NCBI GenBank assembly: GCA_043811375.1 | Contig: JBDRNJ010000004.1 | Coordinates: 32,001-96,000 of the forward strand | Reading direction: 5' to 3' | Length of the DNA stretch: 64,000 nt | Source of the DNA: a bacterium | GTDB taxonomy: Bacteria; Zixibacteria; MSB-5A5; GN15; FEB-12 | In this document: in pieces, positions 30,904 to 40,265 of the stretch | How the letters are laid out: every line of letters starts with the position of its first letter | Position numbering within the stretch: the first letter of the stretch is position 1 | Translations under genes and position numbers: made by a program | The notes under the pieces: generated by a model | What the model saw: only the letters and a program-made list of their open reading frames with translations | The model's database searches: none | Told to the model about the DNA's origin: nothing

Positions 30904-31377
30904 ATGAAAAGATTGGCATTGCTTCTTATTTCTGGGGTGCTGGTAGTTATAGCTCTCAGTTGTGCTTCGGACATTTATCTAGAAGACCCTTTTTCGCTCA
31001 AAGGCAACTACGACGGCTGGTATATCATCACTGTGTTGTCCGAACCACAAGTGGTAGACAGCCAGAGGATTATCTTCCGGTTTGGCGAAACGGACTACAA
31101 TTTATGGATCGACTCCACACATGAGGAGGTCGACAGTTCCCTTTGTATCTGCCACTCCTATGGTACCTGGAAGTTGAAAAACCGGGTTGAGTTGACTCAG
31201 TCCGGTGCTGTTGGGCACTGGGCGAGGGAAGGAAAATGCATGACCTGTTTGCAGGATTGGAGTCCTCAGGGTGCATTCGCTCTAAGAACACCCGGAGACA
31301 CGGTCGAACTAACCCGGACAAACACCGATTTAGATCCGGACCTGTTTATGAGGTTACTGCTGTTGCCAAAGAGATAA
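30904..31377 (+). CDS. hypothetical lipoprotein
   Basis: MKRLALLL...ALSC lipobox; AGGAG SD. Confidence 0.75.
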   Translation: MKRLALLLISGVLVVIALSCASDIYLEDPFSLKGNYDGWYIITVLSEPQVVDSQRIIFRFGETDYNLWIDSTHEEVDSSLCICHSYGTWKLKNRVELTQSGAVGHWAREGKCMTCLQDWSPQGAFALRTPGDTVELTRTNTDLDPDLFMRLLLLPKR

Positions 31378-31463
31378 TGACAGGACGTGCCTCCCGGTCG
31401 TGACAGTCTGACCATCTGTCTCCTCTGGAGAATCCGTTCGCCATCTTCTTTTAAGACACTACC

Positions 31464-31493
31464 AGACAGGGTGTGACCACCCTGTCTTTTTTT
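31464..31493 (+). terminator. intrinsic terminator
   Basis: AGACAGGGTG-loop-CACCCTGTCT followed by a T-run. Confidence 0.8.
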
Positions 31494-31558
31494 ACTGGCC
31501 TACTCGAAGCCTGCATCGGGATAACGCCGGTGTTGGCGCGAACCCTTCAATCACAGCA

Positions 31559-32131
31559 TCAGAACCTGCGGCTGCCTCGTTTAGTAAGCTCCATTCCGCG
31601 GGCGCATAGCGGACATTCATCAGGTTCCCAACTGTCGGCCCGTACCGAGGCCAGGGCTATGAAGGGATAGTCAAAGCTGACCGTGCCGTTGGAGCGTTCC
31701 AGCATTTCGCAGATACAAACGATTTCGGCTCCATACGATTCGACCAGCGTGACCACTTCCCGCACTGACCGGCCGGTGGTAAGCACGTCATCGACAATTA
31801 TCACTTTTTGGTTGCGATCCAGAGAGAAACCACGTTTGAACACCCGACCATCCTGGCCCGGTTCGGCATAGAGTGCCTGTACACCCAGGTATCGAGCGAC
31901 ATCATAGGCGATTATAATACCGCCGGTTGTCGGGCCGACGATGGTATCGGCGTGATAAGGTTCCAGCCGGGTAGCCATTTCCCGACAAATCAGCGTGCAG
32001 GTATCCGGTTGCTTCAGCAGCGTGAATTTCTCATAGTAAACATCGCTGTGGCGCCCGGAACTGAGTTTGAAATGGCCATCCAGCAGGGCGCCGGAATCCT
32101 TAAACATCCTGATTAGTTCGCCCTGGTTCAT
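31559..32131 (-). CDS. pyrE: orotate phosphoribosyltransferase
   Basis: GHFKLSSGRHS and PRPP motif IVDDVLTTG. Confidence 0.93.
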   Translation of the reverse strand: MNQGELIRMFKDSGALLDGHFKLSSGRHSDVYYEKFTLLKQPDTCTLICREMATRLEPYHADTIVGPTTGGIIIAYDVARYLGVQALYAEPGQDGRVFKRGFSLDRNQKVIIVDDVLTTGRSVREVVTLVESYGAEIVCICEMLERSNGTVSFDYPFIALASVRADSWEPDECPLCARGMELTKRGSRRF

Positions 32132-32502
32132 TCTCCCTCCGTAAAAATGGCAACCGCCACGGCATAGTTTTTTTCATGAGACAACGACAGGAGACAGGTC
32201 ACCGGTCCAAGCTGCTGTTGAATACTCAACGGCAGACAAAGCTCAGGGACGCCGGTGGAACCTCCGACAATCTCAATGGCCCGAAACGGTGGACGGGTCT
32301 CAAGAAACGGAGCCAGTCCCTTGATTACCGCTTCCTTGGCAGCCAGTCGCCCGGCCAGAAACGCCTCCTTATCCCGGCGCCGGTCGAACAGGGATTGCTC
32401 CTGCGCTCCGAGGAGGCGGTGGACAAAGCGATCACCGAAACGGGTAATATCCCGTTCGATTCTCGAAATATCGACGATATCCAGTCCAACCGAACGAATC
32501 AA
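32128..32502 (-). CDS. acpS: holo-ACP synthase (TTG start inferred)
   Basis: VGLDIV, LAGRLAAKEAVIK and LSLSHE motifs. Confidence 0.92.
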   Translation of the reverse strand: MIRSVGLDIVDISRIERDITRFGDRFVHRLLGAQEQSLFDRRRDKEAFLAGRLAAKEAVIKGLAPFLETRPPFRAIEIVGGSTGVPELCLPLSIQQQLGPVTCLLSLSHEKNYAVAVAIFTEGE

Positions 32503-32626
32503 AGGTGTCTCCCCTTCGTAAGAATGTATACGGGCATATGATAACAAACGCTGCCTGATGCAGCAACAGAATGTAAATAATTGTTGCGTAATTATTGATT
32601 TGGTATATCTTTATAACAAGAAATAC

Positions 32627-32807
32627 GGAGAGAGGTGGTCATTTGAAATTCTCTTACACCTGACTAATGAAGGTTGTCTCTTCACCGTTGAGTAAACGCC
32701 GTGATCCGTCATGGAGATGGTAGCGAATACGAAATGCGGGAGGTGGCTGTAAAAACCCTTTACCGTACTTAAGAGGTGAGCTCTTTCAAATTACACGTCT
32801 CTCTCCT
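32627..32807 (+). ncRNA. putative ~180-nt rod-shaped RNA (6S/SsrS-like)
   Basis: End pairing GGAGAGAG/CUCUCUCC, AUUUGAAA/UUUCAAAU and CUCUUA/UAAGAG; followed by a plus-strand terminator although both flanking genes are on the minus strand. Confidence 0.5.
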
Positions 32808-32817
32808 AAAATGACCA

Positions 32818-32849
32818 GGAGCCTGTCCATCGGGACAGGCTCTTTTTTT
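32818..32849 (+). terminator. intrinsic terminator
   Basis: GAGCCTGTCC-ATCG-GGACAGGCTC followed by T7. Confidence 0.85.
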
Positions 32850-32875
32850 CAGCCTTGAAATGCCCTCGGAATCGA

Positions 32876-33556
32876 TCAGGAACCGGCATTCTCTGGTAAA
32901 TCAGACCTCTGCCCCGTTCTGGAATCGAAGAACGGATCCGGTTCAATCAGCAGGTGCTTGAGTATCTTTTCGTAATCGGTACTCTCCCCGGTCGGAGCAA
33001 AAGAAACGAAACAGCAATCTTTGCCTGTCGAGACAAAATATAGTCGGCCGGTTTCTATTTCGCAGACTCCCTCCTGCCGGGTATCTGTCTGCCCGGGTGT
33101 AATGGGAAATATGTCGACAATATCCGACAGGTTGGCGTAGACGGTACCAAACTCCCGTTTGAACTGCTCGGTGGTGTTGGTGCCGGCAAAGATACCCTCG
33201 ACAGTCAGGCGATAAACATGCTTGAATCCCGGGATCGATGCCAGCTTGTCATAGACTGACTGATCCTGATGTTGACGATCCGGCACCGTCTCGGCAGTGG
33301 ACACAGCCTGTATCAGGTTCAGGGTTTCCTGATGCTGCCGGGCAATTGCGGCCTCCACCTCCTGCTGGGCCGTCAACGAAGTCACCACCTGCTTGAGCTT
33401 ACGATCAATCTTGTGAACCACCTGGCCGTTATTGAGGACTGTAGTCGTCAGACGTGGATATGGTCGTGACGCATATTCGGTTTGCACCTGCATAGCGACA
33501 GTCCCCTTCTTGACCAGGGAGGTCCGACCAACTGGTATGAACGTATCGTCTGTCAT
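32876..33556 (-). CDS. hypothetical protein
   Basis: 226-aa ORF filling the gap between non-overlapping genes; no motif recognised with confidence. Confidence 0.7.
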   Translation of the reverse strand: MTDDTFIPVGRTSLVKKGTVAMQVQTEYASRPYPRLTTTVLNNGQVVHKIDRKLKQVVTSLTAQQEVEAAIARQHQETLNLIQAVSTAETVPDRQHQDQSVYDKLASIPGFKHVYRLTVEGIFAGTNTTEQFKREFGTVYANLSDIVDIFPITPGQTDTRQEGVCEIETGRLYFVSTGKDCCFVSFAPTGESTDYEKILKHLLIEPDPFFDSRTGQRSDLPENAGS

Positions 33557-33703
33557 ATTTCTACATCATCTGTTCTGCCGGTCGCCGTAGTCTCGCCGGA
33601 TCAACAGATTGCGTGACGGCAGCGATCGGAATGAAGATAACCGATAGGCTCCGGATATCCTCATCGGGCATAAATTGTCTTCATTACCAATATATCGGAC
33701 AGA

Positions 33704-35947
33704 TCAGCAGTTTGAATAACCACAGGCAGGGCAGGTGAAACAGCCACTATCAAAGATCATAGCTCCGGAACATTCAGGACAGATTTCACCGGCATTCACT
33801 GCCGGGGATTCTTCTTCCCCGGGTAACCCGAAATGTCGGTGCAGCACCTGGACTATGGCGTCAGGAATTGAAAACACCCTGGCCCCGCCGGAAAACACCT
33901 GGCTGGAGCCGCCAATCCCGCGCAACTGGCGAATAATATCGGTGACCGGCACTCCCGCCCGCAAGGCCAGTGATATTAATCGGCAGATAGCCTCGGTATC
34001 GGCCATAGTGGTATAACCGGACTTACCGATCTGGGCAAACACCTCAAACGGTTGCCCGCCCTGGGAATTGACGGTGACATACAGGTTTCCATACCCGGTA
34101 CGGACTTTCTCGGTAAAGCCGTTTAGCCGATCGGGCCGTCGCTTGATGTGAGTCGCCCGGTCTCCGGCAGTTGAGCGATACCCCGCCGAAAGAACCTGAG
34201 TCGGCCGTGAGTTGTCTCGGTAGACAGTAACTCCTTTGCAGCCCAGCCGGTAAGCTAACTCAAACGCCCGGCTGATCTCCTTCCGGTCAGCCGATTCCGG
34301 GAAGTTTACCGTTTTGGAAACGGAAGCATCGCAGTGTTTTTGAAAAGCCGCCTGCATACGGATATGATCTTCCGGAGAAATATCGACGGCCGTACGAAAC
34401 AGCTCCCTAACCGACTCGGGGATTCCCTCTATTTCGCGAAGTGATCGCTTACCGGCCAACTGCTCTGTCAGCTTCTCACTGAAAAATCCTTCACGCCGGG
34501 CAATCTGTTCAAACAATGGGTTCAACTCAACCAGCCTGGTGCCATCAAGCACGTTACGCTCAAACATGACGGCAAAATACGGTTCAATACCACAACTGCA
34601 GCCGGCAATGATCGATATCGACCCGGTGGGTGCAATAGTCGTCAGGGCAGCGTTATGCATAACGATATTTTGTTGCCGGTAGACGGAGCCTTCCCAATTG
34701 GGGAATCTTCCGCGACTTTTTGCCAATTCCGAGGAATGCTTGTGGGCTTCATTCTCGATAAAAGCCATAACCCTGTCAGCCAGCCCCAGTGCCTCCTCGC
34801 AGTTATAGGGCAGACCCAGCTTCACCAGCATATCCGCCCAGCCCATGACACCCAGACCGATACGACGATTTCTCCTGGTCTGAGTCTCGATGGCTTTGAT
34901 GGGATAGTGGTTACAGTCGATGACATTGTCCAGGAAATGTACCGCCCGGCGCACCACTGTCCCCAGGCGTTCCCAGTCAACACCACGCTCGGCGTCGGTG
35001 ATAATGTAGTCCGCCGGTAAAGGGTCGAGAACCATCTTACACAGGTTGATCGAGCCGAGATTGCATGAGTCATAGGCCGGCAGCGGCTGCTCGCCGCAGG
35101 GATTGGTAGACTCGATATTCTCCGACGGGCTGGTTGGATTAAGCCGATTCATACGGTCGATGAAAACCACTCCCGGTTCACCACTGCGCCAGGCATGTTC
35201 AACAATGGCGTCAAACACTTCCCCGGCGTCAAGACAGACATCCCGCCCATCCACCTGATGTGTGCGACCGGTATGCGGGTTATGCAGCGGATAGGAAGCA
35301 CCTTTCTCGACAGCCGTCATAAAGTTGTCGGTCACGGCCACCGAAATGTTGAAGTTCGTGATCTCACCGGGTTCGTCCTTGCAGGCGATGAACTCCATGA
35401 TGTCAGGGTGATCCACTCTCAGCACGGCCATGTTGGCTCCCCGCCGGGTACCGCCCTGCCTGACCGCTTCGGTAGCGGCATTAAAAACCTTCATAAATGA
35501 GATCGGTCCCGAGGCGATGCCCTGAGTGGAGGCCACTATGGAATTGCGCGGTCGCAATCTGGAAAAAGAAAATCCTGTCCCGCCCCCGGACTTGTGAATC
35601 AACGCGGCATATTTGTTGGCCTGGAAGATTTCCTCCATGGAATCGCCCACCGGAAGAACAAAACAGGCCGACAACTGCCCCAGGGGACGTCCGGCATTCA
35701 TCAGGGTCGGTGAGTTGGGGAGAAACTCCAGACCGGCCATGATGTCAAAGAATCGCTCACCGGTAGCCGTCACTTCCTCATCGCCGGCGCCATAGTTGCG
35801 ATCGGCCTCGGCGACGAAGTGAGCCACCCGCAGAAACATCTGGTCAGGGTTTTCGACAACGTGTCCCGCCTCATCCCTGGCCAGGTAGCGCCGCCGCAAT
35901 ACCACCAGCGCGTTGTCGGAGATTTTGACTTCCTTGCGAATACTCAT
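33704..35947 (-). CDS. nrdJ: adenosylcobalamin-dependent (class II) ribonucleotide reductase
   Basis: PNSPTLMNAG, SACFV, TNPCGEQPL and TIAPTG motifs; C-terminal TSCPD-like domain and CPEC..CPAC ribbon. Confidence 0.95.
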   Translation of the reverse strand: MSIRKEVKISDNALVVLRRRYLARDEAGHVVENPDQMFLRVAHFVAEADRNYGAGDEEVTATGERFFDIMAGLEFLPNSPTLMNAGRPLGQLSACFVLPVGDSMEEIFQANKYAALIHKSGGGTGFSFSRLRPRNSIVASTQGIASGPISFMKVFNAATEAVRQGGTRRGANMAVLRVDHPDIMEFIACKDEPGEITNFNISVAVTDNFMTAVEKGASYPLHNPHTGRTHQVDGRDVCLDAGEVFDAIVEHAWRSGEPGVVFIDRMNRLNPTSPSENIESTNPCGEQPLPAYDSCNLGSINLCKMVLDPLPADYIITDAERGVDWERLGTVVRRAVHFLDNVIDCNHYPIKAIETQTRRNRRIGLGVMGWADMLVKLGLPYNCEEALGLADRVMAFIENEAHKHSSELAKSRGRFPNWEGSVYRQQNIVMHNAALTTIAPTGSISIIAGCSCGIEPYFAVMFERNVLDGTRLVELNPLFEQIARREGFFSEKLTEQLAGKRSLREIEGIPESVRELFRTAVDISPEDHIRMQAAFQKHCDASVSKTVNFPESADRKEISRAFELAYRLGCKGVTVYRDNSRPTQVLSAGYRSTAGDRATHIKRRPDRLNGFTEKVRTGYGNLYVTVNSQGGQPFEVFAQIGKSGYTTMADTEAICRLISLALRAGVPVTDIIRQLRGIGGSSQVFSGGARVFSIPDAIVQVLHRHFGLPGEEESPAVNAGEICPECSGAMIFDSGCFTCPACGYSNC

Positions 35948-36197
35948 CGGATACACTTCTTCGGTACCGAGCCGCCGGAGCGGCCCCAATAACCTCTCTT
36001 ATTATTATAACGTCATATTCACCAAAAGCGATCACATATTCATGATGGCAAAATCCGGTAGGTCGAAGACCCTACCTGCCCTGGGCTTGACGAAGGGTGG
36101 TTTCGAGTGGCAAGCCACCTTTAATCGTGTAACGGCAGGGCTTGTCTCTGCCGGGGGCAGGTCGGGTGGGGTACAAGCTGCTTTCAAGCCCCGTTGC

Positions 36198-37841
36198 TCA
36201 TTTGAGTAGCAGCATCTTCTTGCTGGTGGTGAAGTTGTCGGCTTTGAGTCTATAGAGGTATACTCCGCTTGAGACCGGGTGGCCGTGCTCGTCAGTACCA
36301 TTCCAGGTGGCGGTGTGAGTTCCTGCCTGTCTTGGCTCATTCACAAGCGTTCTGACTGTCTGTCCCAGCAGGTTGTGGACCACCAGTTTGACATGCGAGC
36401 GGATCGGCAGGCTATACTCGATCTGAGTAACCGGGTTGAACGGGTTGGGATAGTTCTGGTGCAACTCGAAATCCTGCGGAAGTTCGGAGTCGGCATCATC
36501 GTTTGCCGCCAGATAGAAGTTTTTGAACGCGTATAGTTTGCCCTCATGAGTGGAAACGTAGAGCTGGCCGTTGCCGACAGTGACAAAACCTGATATGGGG
36601 TAACTCCAGTCCGATTTCTGTGTAGCCATATTTACAGCATAGACTCTCTCAGAAGAACTGATATAGAAGTGCTCATTTGACACTACCGGAGGATAGTCTA
36701 CTGTGAACCGGCAATTCCCATCAAACCGCCACAACTCTTCACCGGTCAGGGCGTCCAGCACCTGTACACAAAACGGTCTGTAGCGGGCTAGCAGCTTGCC
36801 GTCATAGAGAGCCGGTGTTACGCGGTAGTAGCTGTTTCGGCGAGACCAGATCATTTCGCGCGTTTTTATATCAACCGCGTATATGGCGGCGTCCTGAGTG
36901 AGGTACAGTATTCCAGTAGTTGTGTCCAGAACAGGGGCATTGCCCTGGTCGCCAAAATGCTTACCGCCGGTGACTGTATCATCCTCCGGGCGGTATGACC
37001 AAAGCATCTCGCCCGTCGACACATCACGAAAGAACAAATACCCACCGAAGTACATGTATACAACATCCTGGTAAACGGCAGGTGTCCATTCGTATTTCAT
37101 GGCACCTCCGCATTTCCACAGAAACTCACCCGTAATCCCGTCAAATGTATGTGCGCCGCCATAGTAATTGCCGCAGATAAAGGCTCTCCCTTGGTATACC
37201 GTCGGTGCCAATGCCTCAATACCCTGAACACGGTATTCGGAAGCCCAAACCGCCTCACCCGTCTCGAGATCCAGCGCCCAAAGCAGGTCTGGAGAGGGAT
37301 CACCGACCAGCTGAACATACACCAAGCTGTTGGCATAGCTGCACGGTGACATCCCTGAAACCTCAGGGAAAAAACCATACCAAAGAACGCTCCCGCTTGC
37401 AGATTCGAGACACCATATTTCGGCCTGAATGCCGTAATAGCCGACTTTCCATGCTGCCGCCATAACTCGTCCTCCCACAATGGTGACCTGATACAGTGGT
37501 CCGTCGCACAACTGTTGTGACCAGCTGTAGATCAGCGGCGGCGCTAGCCAGTCTTTCTCATTATAACCGATATGCTGAGCATTGCATTGAAACATCGGCC
37601 AGTCAGCCAAGCCCTCGCTGGCAGAGACTCTGCTTGCGGTCTGTGGTGAGACCCATCGGATGTACGTCCCCCCATTGAGAACAGTAGTGTCGCAAATCCA
37701 GTCCTGTGATTCGAACACGAAGGATGGGAGCCTTGTGTCCTCTAGTGGGGCAGAAACCCGGATCGAGTCTATCGGCTGGTCATCAGCCCACAAGGCCGGT
37801 GCCAATAGTATCAGCAGAACTGTAATAACTAACTGTCGCAC
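36198..37841 (-). CDS. secreted PQQ-like beta-propeller protein with FlgD-Ig/T9SS-type C-terminal domain (GTG start inferred)
   Basis: Repeated ALDxxTGExxW blades; C-terminus QNYPNPFNP...SGVYLYRL..KKMLLLK; GGAGG SD before GTG 37841. Confidence 0.85.
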   Translation of the reverse strand: MRQLVITVLLILLAPALWADDQPIDSIRVSAPLEDTRLPSFVFESQDWICDTTVLNGGTYIRWVSPQTASRVSASEGLADWPMFQCNAQHIGYNEKDWLAPPLIYSWSQQLCDGPLYQVTIVGGRVMAAAWKVGYYGIQAEIWCLESASGSVLWYGFFPEVSGMSPCSYANSLVYVQLVGDPSPDLLWALDLETGEAVWASEYRVQGIEALAPTVYQGRAFICGNYYGGAHTFDGITGEFLWKCGGAMKYEWTPAVYQDVVYMYFGGYLFFRDVSTGEMLWSYRPEDDTVTGGKHFGDQGNAPVLDTTTGILYLTQDAAIYAVDIKTREMIWSRRNSYYRVTPALYDGKLLARYRPFCVQVLDALTGEELWRFDGNCRFTVDYPPVVSNEHFYISSSERVYAVNMATQKSDWSYPISGFVTVGNGQLYVSTHEGKLYAFKNFYLAANDDADSELPQDFELHQNYPNPFNPVTQIEYSLPIRSHVKLVVHNLLGQTVRTLVNEPRQAGTHTATWNGTDEHGHPVSSGVYLYRLKADNFTTSKKMLLLK

Positions 37842-37923
37842 AAATGGTGCCTCCGACAGTGCCCCGACATCCTCGTAACTGACAATTCCTGGCCAATGAT
37901 GGTGCCAAAGCTCCAATCAGGTA

Positions 37924-37990
37924 GCCAGGGATTGTCGCTCCCCTGTAATATAAGCACTATGCGTAGTTTTCCAAGCGGTATCTTGACTCG
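37924..37990 (-). repeat. 67-bp direct repeat, copy 1 (promoter-like TTGGAA-16-TATATT)
   Basis: 64/67 identical to 39982-40048. Confidence 0.9.
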
Positions 37991-38066
37991 GTACCAGTGT
38001 ACTCAGCCAAGAAGATGTCCACAACACTGCTGTACACCTCACATGTGCACCAAACCTGTCTTGTCT

Positions 38067-38615
38067 TTAGTCAGCGAAAATCCAGTACCTGTCGTGATAT
38101 CGTTTCAGCACGAAGATGAATTCCTGTCGTTGCAATGCAGTACCAGTAATTCTATCATGGAGAACCACAACAAAGCTTACGCCTATGTCTTCATCCTCAC
38201 GGTAGATTCTAACATCGTTTTCGGTCCCGAAGTGTGGACCATGCCACTTACCACCATAGTACGACAATCGATCTGCCCGAGAACCCAGTCCGAAGGCAGG
38301 ACAAGTTGTCCGGGCAGAGTTGTATAACTGTATACAGAAAGAATCGATCGAGATCAGTGGGATGGAGTCCAACATCAGTGTATCCGGGACCGGTTGCTGG
38401 TAGAAAGTGTCAAACCCGACCGTAACCTTATACAGTAGCTTGGGGCCTGTCGCCCGGTCCCAGTTGTAATCTCTCATCTCCAACTCAATCCTGTATCCTC
38501 CGAACTCCACACTTGGGTTTGACTTGTCTGGCAGCCAGTAGTTCCACGTATGGCGCGGTGCAAAACAAGCTAGCAGAGCCAGAGGAAAAACCACAATCGT
38601 CAGAACAGGGATCAC
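38067..38615 (-). CDS. hypothetical lipoprotein, candidate Rhs immunity protein (GTG start inferred)
   Basis: Lipobox LLAC; lies directly downstream of the Rhs ORF. Confidence 0.6.
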   Translation of the reverse strand: MIPVLTIVVFPLALLACFAPRHTWNYWLPDKSNPSVEFGGYRIELEMRDYNWDRATGPKLLYKVTVGFDTFYQQPVPDTLMLDSIPLISIDSFCIQLYNSARTTCPAFGLGSRADRLSYYGGKWHGPHFGTENDVRIYREDEDIGVSFVVVLHDRITGTALQRQEFIFVLKRYHDRYWIFAD

Positions 38616-38637
38616 AACCTTGGAGCGGATAAGTATG

Positions 38638-39978
38638 TTAGTATGTGTATGGTGAATAATAGCTCCTTCCCATGGCATACAGCGGGTCACGTAATCCCGG
38701 GAAGAGCACCTCCCAGGCGTTGTGGCTCAGACAGTTCAAGGGTCCATAAACAGAGTCGTAGAGGTCATAGTGATACCAACCTGTGAGCTTACCGATTTTC
38801 TCTCCTCCCCAGTGCAGGCCGCCGTAGTATCTGAACTGTTGTCGTCCATGCGTGCGAGCATTAAACCACCGATCCAAAAGAGTCAAAGGTCCATGCCAGA
38901 GTATGTCAGCTGGATTTGTGTGCTTCCACCACTGGCGCTTCAGTGTATGCTCATACATCGCGTGCACAGTTGGCGCACCGGGCTTGGCTCCCTCCAGTTG
39001 TTCCATAATCTCGTCATAGGTCGGACCTCCTTCCATCATCGGTTCTGGGTCACCCCACACAAATCTGTCAACAGGGGCCATAACTTTGGAATAGTCCTCC
39101 GAAAAGGCCATCCAGCCGGTAACGGTATTGATATCCTCCAATGTGTTCCCGCTGAAATCAGCCATGTCCAAGCTACTATTATCAACATTCCACTGTGCAA
39201 ATCCAAGGTTGATAGTGAAATCGCTTTTGCCCATTGTCATCATCTTCCAGCCCCACGAATTTGCATACGACCCGGCCGCCAGACCTGCCACCGCAGAACC
39301 CGTGCCGGCTACTGCACCAAAATATCCGCTGAAACCGCCGATCATGGCGCCGCCAAGCATGCACAGAAAAACATTGTTCCCGGTTTCTTGGGCATACAGG
39401 ATTCCGGCAGCAGCACCCATATAGGCTCCGATGATGATAGGAATCCAGAAGAAGTTCCCATCCGGATCAACGCCGATGATGGGGTTATTCCAGCCGTAAT
39501 TGTAGCCGCTGGGGAATTGGGCGGCTTTGTCGATCGACGTGAAGGTGCCGATCCGGGGATCGAAGTACCGTGCACCAAAGTAGTAGTATTCAAAGGTGGA
39601 GTGGTCATCGTATTCCTTGGCAGTGAATCGCCGGGTACCCTGCTTGTAATGTCCCCACAACGTTCGAAAATCGATAATTTTTTCTGGGTGCTCTGCCAGT
39701 AACTTGGGAATCTTGAACTTCTTCACATCACTATACTCAGAAGCCTTACCCCACAAGCTCCACGCATCACCGTCTTCAGGTAACGATTTCACCTTAATAT
39801 ACGGAACGCCACCCTCATCGACGTAAACGTCTGGATTGTTCGGGTCGTTAACTTGGTCAAGGTCCTGTTCTCCTCGTCCTTTCCCGCTGTTCCAGCCTCG
39901 CTGCACTCTGAATGCGTCATCCATTACTGTTACCCAATTCATGACTGAAGCAAAGGCGGGTGGCAAAGCCCAAATCAT
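38638..39978 (-). CDS. orphan Rhs repeat-associated core + variable C-terminal (toxin-like) region; lacks the YD-repeat shell
   Basis: RFTAKEYD...YYYFGARYFDPRIGTFTSID...YNYGWNNPIIGVDPDG core, then a Gly/Ala-rich hydrophobic segment. Confidence 0.85.
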   Translation of the reverse strand: MIWALPPAFASVMNWVTVMDDAFRVQRGWNSGKGRGEQDLDQVNDPNNPDVYVDEGGVPYIKVKSLPEDGDAWSLWGKASEYSDVKKFKIPKLLAEHPEKIIDFRTLWGHYKQGTRRFTAKEYDDHSTFEYYYFGARYFDPRIGTFTSIDKAAQFPSGYNYGWNNPIIGVDPDGNFFWIPIIIGAYMGAAAGILYAQETGNNVFLCMLGGAMIGGFSGYFGAVAGTGSAVAGLAAGSYANSWGWKMMTMGKSDFTINLGFAQWNVDNSSLDMADFSGNTLEDINTVTGWMAFSEDYSKVMAPVDRFVWGDPEPMMEGGPTYDEIMEQLEGAKPGAPTVHAMYEHTLKRQWWKHTNPADILWHGPLTLLDRWFNARTHGRQQFRYYGGLHWGGEKIGKLTGWYHYDLYDSVYGPLNCLSHNAWEVLFPGLRDPLYAMGRSYYSPYTY

Positions 39979-39981
39979 GCG

Positions 39982-40048
39982 GCCAGGGATTGTCGCTCCC
40001 CTGTAATATAAGCACTATGCTTAGTTTTCCAAGTGGTATCTTGAATCG
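39982..40048 (-). repeat. 67-bp direct repeat, copy 2
   Basis: 64/67 identical to 37924-37990. Confidence 0.9.
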
Positions 40049-40073
40049 TCACCCACGCGCTCAGCTAAGATGG

Positions 40074-40164
40074 CGGGTGGCTCACCGCTTGCGGTGAGTT
40101 TCTATTCCTTCTTATACACTGGTTGAAGAGGAACTGTAAACGCACCTCAAGAGGTGCGCCACCC
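40074..40164. repeat. REP doublet, copy 2 (intact inverted pair)
   Basis: GGGTGGCTCACCGCTTGCGGTGAGTTT ... AAACGCACCTCAAGAGGTGCGCCACCC. Confidence 0.8.
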
Positions 40165-40265
40165 AGCCTATAGTTGTGGCGATGCCTGTTGTTGTGGTGA
40201 AGCCACCAAGTCCTTTTACTCCTTGCCTTTTGGGTCGCCAATCATCATTATGTAATGAGGTTCCG

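Noticed and set aside
35950..36195. Cobalamin riboswitch or NrdR box upstream of nrdJ
   Set aside because: No B12-box or NrdR consensus recognised; the palindromes there resemble the REP family.
38722..39702. 326-aa plus-strand ORF opposite the Rhs gene
   Set aside because: No recognisable features; the minus strand carries the Rhs core motifs.
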